Source: an uncultured Planctomycetia bacterium
Lineage (GTDB): Bacteria > Omnitrophota > Gorgyraeia > Duberdicusellales > 4484-171
Assembly (NCBI GenBank): GCA_964489445.1
Contig: CAZAYU010000006.1
Location: 53,518-117,517, forward strand
Length of the DNA stretch: 64,000 bases
Reading direction: 5' to 3'
This document shows positions 57,715-64,000 of this stretch, in pieces (positions within the stretch are counted from its first letter, which is position 1; the number at the start of each line of letters is the position of its first letter). A program made the position numbers and the translations under genes. The notes under the pieces were generated by a model, which did not search any database, was not told the origin of the DNA, and worked only from the letters and a program-made list of their open reading frames with translations.

Positions 57715-58851
57715 TTATCGCATCAATTCAGAAATATTGTCTGCAATTATACTGTAAAGTTTATCGCCCGCTAAATTTAAGGAATATTTTTTACGCACAA
57801 CCTCTAATCCGTTTATTCCAATGGTTTTGGCCAGGTTACGATCAGAAATCATTAATTCCATATTAGATAAAAATTCTTCTTTATTATAACTTAACAACCC
57901 GGAATATCCACTTTGAATTATAAAATTTGCCTCACCTACCGCAGAAGCAATTACCGGTTTCCCTTTTGCCATATATTCAAACAACTTGACTGGACTCTTG
58001 GATAGATTAAATTTTGTTGTATCGAATAATGGCACAAGGCCTACATCAACTTCATCTAAATACTCAGAAATATTTTCTGGTTTTATCCATCTTTGATAAA
58101 CTATGCCGTTACATCTATATTTTTCAATCATCATTGCTAATTGCCCATCGAAAGTGCCCTCCCCGGCAATAAATAATTTAATAAACGGATACTTCCGGTA
58201 AAGCACCAAAAAACAATCAATAATAAATTTTATATAATCTAATATTTCGATCCTATTTAACGTTCCGTGCCATGAAAATACCATCTTTTTCTTCTCTTCA
58301 GCAGAAAAAGATGGATAAAACTCCTTAATATCTACCCCACTAGGTAGATAATAAACCTTTTTATTTTGCTTCGACAAATAATCTTTAAGGTAATTGCTCG
58401 CAGCAATACAGCAAATACTTTCGGAAGCTAATTTCCTTGTTAAATATTCAGCTTTGGAGCGTGGAAACACCCCAAAATAGTTACTGATATCCTCTCGTGC
58501 CTCCCAGTCATCCATATCAAAAATAAACGGAATTTTTTTTATTTTCGATAAAATCCATACTGGAATCGTATGATAATTGAAACGATTTATTATAAATATA
58601 GGATTGTTAGCCTTTTTTAAAAGGAATTTATACCCCTTAAATGCATAGATTATCTTTTCCAGCAATGTAAAGTTAGCGTCTTCTCCCCCTGATTTTGCTC
58701 CTAAATTTTCCACGAAAGACACTACAGAAGAACGAAAGCCTTTTTCGTTAAGCTGTTCAGAAAATCCCCATGAACGTGCTCTTGCTCCTGGATCTTTACG
58801 ACCTTCCCTAGTTATAAAAATAAAATTTTTATCCAATAATATCTTGCTCAT
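57715..58851 (-). CDS. glycosyltransferase family 4
   Basis: FDMDD, WHG, DVGLVP, KSPVKLFEYMAKGKPVIAS.VG. Confidence 0.92.
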   Translation of the reverse strand: MSKILLDKNFIFITREGRKDPGARARSWGFSEQLNEKGFRSSVVSFVENLGAKSGGEDANFTLLEKIIYAFKGYKFLLKKANNPIFIINRFNYHTIPVWILSKIKKIPFIFDMDDWEAREDISNYFGVFPRSKAEYLTRKLASESICCIAASNYLKDYLSKQNKKVYYLPSGVDIKEFYPSFSAEEKKKMVFSWHGTLNRIEILDYIKFIIDCFLVLYRKYPFIKLFIAGEGTFDGQLAMMIEKYRCNGIVYQRWIKPENISEYLDEVDVGLVPLFDTTKFNLSKSPVKLFEYMAKGKPVIASAVGEANFIIQSGYSGLLSYNKEEFLSNMELMISDRNLAKTIGINGLEVVRKKYSLNLAGDKLYSIIADNISELMR

Positions 58852-59020
58852 AAATTCTATACTTGTTCATTAAATTCACTCTGGCACCTTGAAACAGCAC
58901 AAACTAAATACACCTGTCAACGATTCCCTCATCCAAGAAAAAATCAATTATAATACGAACACCAAAGCAATCATCACCAAAAAAATAACAAATTAGACAA
59001 TCCTATCGATTAATTCAATA

Positions 59021-59042
59021 TTGCAAAATATATTTTTTGCAA
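59021..59042. promoter_or_regulatory. intergenic palindrome TTGCAAAA-N6-TTTTGCAA, candidate operator
   Basis: Perfect 8-bp inverted arms in the ~350-bp gap upstream of GT4-wzm-wzt; the sequence is AT-rich, so chance is possible. Confidence 0.3.
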
Positions 59043-59199
59043 GATTTTAAAAAATACTGCATATTTATTAAACACACAGCATTATCGCCAGCCACTTCTC
59101 TTCGCCTTATTAATACCTAGTTTTATCATATTTCACTGCCTTAATCAGCAGCTCAAACTCAATAAATATTCTACCACTATAGAAAAGCTACCACTAAAC

Positions 59200-60243
59200 C
59201 TAAATTACCTTTTTAATCGTGTCTACTACATGCTTAATCTGTTTCCCAGTAAGCAATGGATATATCGGTACTGATACTGCTGAACGCATAATATATTCTG
59301 TATTAGGAAAATTTTTTGCTGATAAATTTAAATATCTATGCAATGGGTGAGGTTTTACTGGTTGCTTTACCTTTACTCCTTTTTTATAACATTTCTTCAT
59401 AAAAGAATAGATATCTTTGTTTATCCTGATCATATATCTTTGATATATGTCTATACTTTCTGGACAACCTTTTAGTAATTGCATATCGCAATCAGCAAAA
59501 GCCATATTGTAAATGTTTGCCACTAACTTTCTTTTTCTTATAAACTCGCCCAATCTTGATAATTGCACCCTGCCCACTGCAGCTTGAAGATTTGTCATCC
59601 GATACGTATATTTTATTTTAAACTCCGAAGAATCAGGCTCCTTGAGCTTCTTTAATCTGTTTAATAAGTAATTAGAATTCGACAATACCATTCCTCCTTC
59701 ACCAGTAGTTATATATTTGGTCCCTTCAAAAGAAAATATAGACAAATCGCCCCAACTGCCCACCTTTCTATTTTTATATTCTGCTCCTATCGAGTGAGCA
59801 CAATCTTCAATAATATAAACTCCTAATTCCTTAAATTCATCAATCTTCGCGGGACACCCGTACATATGAGGAATAATTATAGCTTTTGTTCTTCTAGTAA
59901 TCTTTTTTTCGGCTTCACGCGAAGACATATTGTAGTCTTCTACGCTAACATCACATAATACTGGTTTTGCTCTAGAATATAGTACAGAATTTAATAGTGA
60001 ACGACACGCATAGCTTGGAATTATAATTTCGTCGCCACTATTAATATCCAGACACATCAACGCTAAATGCAATGCCAACGTTCCCGTGCAAGTAGCTACA
60101 CCACCTTTACTATTTATATACTGTGCGAGTTCTTTTTCAAATTTACTTACAATTTTGCCCTCAGCAAGATAATTAGTCTTCATAGTAGCACTAATAGCTT
60201 TTTGCTCTTGTCTCCCCATTGTTGGCTTAGAATGTTCAATCAT
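59200..60243 (-). CDS. DegT/DnrJ/EryC1/StrS sugar aminotransferase
   Basis: GTLALHLAL, TKAIIIPHMYG, IEDCAHSIG, FSFEGTKYITTGEGG, YRMTNLQAAVG. Confidence 0.95.
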   Translation of the reverse strand: MIEHSKPTMGRQEQKAISATMKTNYLAEGKIVSKFEKELAQYINSKGGVATCTGTLALHLALMCLDINSGDEIIIPSYACRSLLNSVLYSRAKPVLCDVSVEDYNMSSREAEKKITRRTKAIIIPHMYGCPAKIDEFKELGVYIIEDCAHSIGAEYKNRKVGSWGDLSIFSFEGTKYITTGEGGMVLSNSNYLLNRLKKLKEPDSSEFKIKYTYRMTNLQAAVGRVQLSRLGEFIRKRKLVANIYNMAFADCDMQLLKGCPESIDIYQRYMIRINKDIYSFMKKCYKKGVKVKQPVKPHPLHRYLNLSAKNFPNTEYIMRSAVSVPIYPLLTGKQIKHVVDTIKKVI

Positions 60244-60274
60244 GCTTTAATCTTTTTTCATGTCGACTTTATTT

Positions 60275-61270
60275 TCACTTTGTCGCTATCGGTATTTTTT
60301 GCTTAAATGAAAATAGACTTTTTCTAAATATATATATAAAACCACCTACAATGCTAGTACATACGAGCGAAGTAAGGACCAACACAGATACAGCAAGCGC
60401 TTTTTCTGAAGATATGTAAGGTCCTAAAAAATACACTAACGCTCCTTCTCTTATTCCTAAGCCATTCAATGAAGGCAATAATGTCACAAAAAATACTATT
60501 GGAACTACCAAAAAAAATACACCGATTCTAACATCAAAAACATGTAGCGCTTTTGCGAATATATATATTGCAAATATGTACAAAATCTGGACTATAGCTG
60601 ATAAAAACAAACCCCAGAGAAGAATCATCTTATGACTTAAATACATATTGAAAAAGACAAATTCATTTATTAAGTTTTTACACCAAAGTCTATTTCTAAA
60701 GGGCTTAAGTATCAGCATAAGATACTTAGTTGTGTTTTTATGCAAAAGTATCCAAATAAATGCCATGCCCATTAAAAAAGCACTGTACACAAGCACAACA
60801 ATTAATCTGTTTGATATTTGATGACCAAAAAAAACTACTATAACAACAGGAATAATTATAAATGATATTACATAGAGTATTCTATCCATGAATACTCCGG
60901 CGAATAAACCTTTCTTCTCTCTATGTGTTTTCCCCATACAAGAAACTTTTAAAATATCCTCCCCTAAAGAAGTTATTGGAAAATTACTAAAAAAATACCC
61001 CATAAATGTAAAGAAAATAGATTCTTTTAGACTCATCCTTATATTTTGCACAGATATAATTTTTTTAAGCCTTAATGCTAGGAAATATGTAGCACCAACA
61101 ATTAAAAAAAATCCAAGAATTACAAACTTTCTGTCAGCATTCACAACCGTATTAAACATTATTGATAACTTATTACGCATAATCCAACAAAGTAGCGATA
61201 TCAAAGATACACTGATAAATGCTTTCAATGTAATTAAAATTTTATTTTTCATAAACAACAACATGAACAA
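60275..61270 (-). CDS. lysylphosphatidylglycerol-synthase TM region / YbhN-HpnL flippase-like membrane protein
   Basis: About 8 TMs, G.FFSNF...LGED..K, DR, LP.SLNGLGIREGA; start probably ATG 61252. Confidence 0.85.
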   Translation of the reverse strand: MFMLLFMKNKILITLKAFISVSLISLLCWIMRNKLSIMFNTVVNADRKFVILGFFLIVGATYFLALRLKKIISVQNIRMSLKESIFFTFMGYFFSNFPITSLGEDILKVSCMGKTHREKKGLFAGVFMDRILYVISFIIIPVVIVVFFGHQISNRLIVVLVYSAFLMGMAFIWILLHKNTTKYLMLILKPFRNRLWCKNLINEFVFFNMYLSHKMILLWGLFLSAIVQILYIFAIYIFAKALHVFDVRIGVFFLVVPIVFFVTLLPSLNGLGIREGALVYFLGPYISSEKALAVSVLVLTSLVCTSIVGGFIYIFRKSLFSFKQKIPIATK

Positions 61271-61416
61271 AATCGATTTCGGGATTAATCATATTTTTGT
61301 AAATTTTTTGAGTTTTACTTTTGAGAAAACTTTTATTTTTCATAGGAAGATAGGTTTGCTTTAATGCTAAAGTCTAGCCTTGCAATGTGTTTTATTGTCA
61401 CTTATTCGTTTTTCAA

Positions 61417-62160
61417 CTACACTATTTGAAGAATATCATATTCTGCTTCCTTAAAATAAAGGGATACGCCAAACTTTAGACAAATATCATTTATTTTAAG
61501 AATTATTGCATCCTTAATCACCTTACAAAAACGCATTGGGCTCCCATATTTTGAAAAACCATGATTTCTTATCCGATGAGAAACAATAACTTCCCCAATT
61601 AATAAGTTATTGTTTTTAGCTAAAACGGGAATAAACCGGTGCCCCCCGTTGAATATTACAATACCCTTAATAGACCTATTTTTATAAGCTCTAAGCGTAG
61701 TGCTAAAATCATGCACGCCTAGATTAAACATGACGCGACCTAATTTATTTGCTAAAACAGAAGGCATCCTCCTGAATAATATATTATCAGAGCGTACTTT
61801 TCTGTAGCCGCAAACCAAATCATAACCTTTATCTATTTCCTTAAGCAATGATGGAATATCTTTAGGGTCATGTTGAAGATCCCCGTCCATAGATACAATT
61901 AAATCCCCTATAGCATGCTTAAATCCTGCCAATAATGCTGAACTTAACCCAAAATTTTTTACAAAAGTTATGAGCCTCACAACATTGTCTTTTTTTATAA
62001 GTTCAATAATTTTCTCTTCTGTTGAATCTACGCTTCCATCATTAATAAATATAATTTCATAAGTCTTATTCAAAAATCCTAATACACTCTTAAGCTCTTT
62101 ATAAAGAGTATTTATTGATAACTCTTCATTGTAAACAGGAATAATAATACTTAAATCCAT
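61417..62160 (-). CDS. ArnC/GtrB-like GT2, paralog of 35049..35993 lacking the C-terminal TMs
   Basis: IIPVYNE, NDGSVD, KNFG, DGDLQHDPKDIP, FRRMPS, HDFSTTLR, HRFIP, SKYG. Confidence 0.9.
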   Translation of the reverse strand: MDLSIIIPVYNEELSINTLYKELKSVLGFLNKTYEIIFINDGSVDSTEEKIIELIKKDNVVRLITFVKNFGLSSALLAGFKHAIGDLIVSMDGDLQHDPKDIPSLLKEIDKGYDLVCGYRKVRSDNILFRRMPSVLANKLGRVMFNLGVHDFSTTLRAYKNRSIKGIVIFNGGHRFIPVLAKNNNLLIGEVIVSHRIRNHGFSKYGSPMRFCKVIKDAIILKINDICLKFGVSLYFKEAEYDILQIV

Positions 62161-62174
62161 ATCATTCTACTTGG

Positions 62175-62734
62175 TTATTTTAGATTTCTGTAGGATATCA
62201 AAGTAATATTATTTTTCTTAGCTATATTACTCATTGCAAAATTCATTAAAAAATTATAGTCTTTAATTCCAAATTTTTTAACATTGAAATGTCCCAATCA
62301 CTTGGATAATCACTTGTTTCCAAGGATGGACTATCAATTCAATTGTACCATCTTTAATACTGTTGATAGAATAAATAAATTGTTTCTCTCTGTATACTTT
62401 TTTAGAATGAAAGCAACAAATAAAGTCCGGATGTATCAAATTAGATAATTCTACTAATTTTTATTTATCTGTGACCAACCAATAACCCTCTTGAAATAAT
62501 TAAAAGCTTTACACATTACACTCTTTGGCCAAAACATAAACTTATTAGCATATCGAATCCTCTTTATACCAAAACGCTTAGCAAGCCTTATTAATACATC
62601 TAATATCAAAGTTAGCTGGTGAAGATGCTTTTCCGTATCTAAATGTGTTATAGTTATCCCTCTATCCGATACCTTTTTAATCTGTGCATATCCCTCTTTA
62701 TAGAGATCATCCGCATTTATGATAAGTTTGTCAT
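62175..62734 (-). pseudogene. YdjC/ChbG-family deacetylase pseudogene (not in ORF track)
   Basis: Hand translation gives KLIINADD-LYKEGYAQIKKV...ITHLDTEKHLH...RIR, later GTIELIVHP, ending ITLISYRNLK*. There is a frameshift right after the ATG, a ~95-codon internal deletion and further frameshifts. Confidence 0.88.
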
Positions 62735-62736
62735 TA

Positions 62737-64000
62737 TTAATTCTTGATTTTATAACACCTTAGCTCAGCCCCATTATAAGAAGCATACATAGAATAAATT
62801 AGATTATAGTATTTATTTAAATATGAATAAAATGATTCAGAAAAAACACCTGGCCAATCAGGTGACATTATCAGCCAAACATTTCGATTTTGATTAACTA
62901 TCGGAAGTGCTTTATCTCTATTGATAAAATCTTTAACTTTAAAAAGATCAACTCCGATAAATAAATTATTATTTATTTTAAATTCCTTTACAGACCTTTT
63001 ATTTATAACCTTACCGGTAACATCTATATTCTTAAGAGAATCTTGTTCATTATAATTAAAGTAATAAAAGAATGCGGGCATTTGATCTGTTGGAATAAAA
63101 ATAACTGCGTCTGCAGGCTTTATATTCTTTCGCAAATATAAACCTATCTCCCTCCAAGATAGCCTATTTTTGCTTAAATTATAGTAATTATAAAGAGCAA
63201 AAGACATCAAGAACATTATAATACAAACAATAAGAATCATTAATCTTTTACTTCTCAATAGAGATACTCCATATGCAATAATCAAATAATACGCCGGTAG
63301 AGATATTATGGTATGTCTTAACAAATAAAAGGAAACATAAAAGACACTTGAAAGATATGGTATTATAACTGGAATCAGTAGCCACAAAAGCAAAAAGAAT
63401 AACCTACCTCTAATACTGTTGACACCACCCTTAATATCCTTTATTTTTTTAAAATATAAGGGCTTTAGCGCTATTATAAAAATTACAGCAAACAAAACAT
63501 TTAGTATTCTTGGAACTATCAATTTTTTGTTTACAATAACAAAGCCATCTTGTCCGTGAGCCTGTATTGGCCCGCCATAATTAAATGTTTCGATTACTGG
63601 AAATAAATAACTAGGAGTCAACCTCTGGTTAAACCGAATAAAAGTATGGCTTCCAACTGTAGCTAAACAGATTCCTATTAATACGGCTAAAAAAATAAAT
63701 ATTATTGCCCACCACTTTAACCATTTTTTTAATCTTTTTCTGCTTAAGCTAAAAAAAGCAAATATATGCTGAACCGGAATTAAATACAAAGTCATCGGAT
63801 GTGAATAAATTAGTATTATAGTAACAAAAGTATACGCTATGTAATCACGTTTTCTGTCAAACTTTAAAAGTCTAATAAAATAAAACATATTGATAATTGC
63901 CAAAAATATTACAAATGTATAATTACGCACTTCTTGAGACCAATAAATATGAAATGGTGACAATGCCAAAAGAAAAGCTGCCCACAATGCTACCTTTTTA
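62737..64000 (-). CDS. GT-C membrane glycosyltransferase (ArnT/PMT_2-like), 5' end beyond window
   Basis: AAFLLALSPFHIYWSQEVRNY, YSH, multiple TMs, RH.I...PA, SWR, periplasmic C-terminal domain. Confidence 0.88.
   Translation of the reverse strand, partial: KKVALWAAFLLALSPFHIYWSQEVRNYTFVIFLAIINMFYFIRLLKFDRKRDYIAYTFVTIILIYSHPMTLYLIPVQHIFAFFSLSRKRLKKWLKWWAIIFIFLAVLIGICLATVGSHTFIRFNQRLTPSYLFPVIETFNYGGPIQAHGQDGFVIVNKKLIVPRILNVLFAVIFIIALKPLYFKKIKDIKGGVNSIRGRLFFLLLWLLIPVIIPYLSSVFYVSFYLLRHTIISLPAYYLIIAYGVSLLRSKRLMILIVCIIMFLMSFALYNYYNLSKNRLSWREIGLYLRKNIKPADAVIFIPTDQMPAFFYYFNYNEQDSLKNIDVTGKVINKRSVKEFKINNNLFIGVDLFKVKDFINRDKALPIVNQNRNVWLIMSPDWPGVFSESFYSYLNKYYNLIYSMYASYNGAELRCYKIKN

Noticed and set aside
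2656-61364. All plus-strand ORFs in the track (e.g. 16678..17250, 60888..61364) and the short nested minus-strand ORFs
   Set aside because: They are antisense or out-of-frame shadows of well-supported genes and carry no motifs; 16678..17250 is open only because it mirrors the 96-bp repeat.

Overview
AT-rich bacterial DNA. Every credible gene (about 50) lies on the minus strand, and many are translationally coupled. The window is the interior of a very large cell-surface glycan/glycoconjugate locus that is open at both ends. It encodes a Wzm/Wzt ABC exporter, GT2/GT4 glycosyltransferases, polyprenyl-phosphate GT2s with GT-C (ArnT/PMT-like) transferases and a flippase-like protein, a DegT aminotransferase, a carbamoyltransferase with SxtJ/SxtK-like partners, two amide ligases, a YdjC deacetylase and SGNH-TPR proteins. 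By my count it also holds 17 radical SAM genes carrying 21 CxxxCxxC domains; 5 of these genes have B12-binding domains and 4 are double-radical-SAM fusions. The most striking signal is an unnamed ~210-230 aa beta-rich domain. It occurs three times in tandem at the C-terminus of a 909-aa Wzt and once at the C-terminus of a B12-dependent radical SAM enzyme, which suggests a writer/reader system for radical-modified glycans. Other observations: two paralogous membrane-anchored coiled-coil proteins with tandem repeats (possible rulers), a near-identical SGNH tandem duplication, a YdjC pseudogene and a 53-aa SxtK-like gene that the ORF track missed, and several enzymes with degenerate catalytic motifs. 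I saw no rRNA, tRNA, CRISPR array or transposase. The style resembles loci of uncultured anaerobes such as Omnitrophota, but that is an impression only. All family calls come from reading motifs by eye, not from database searches.
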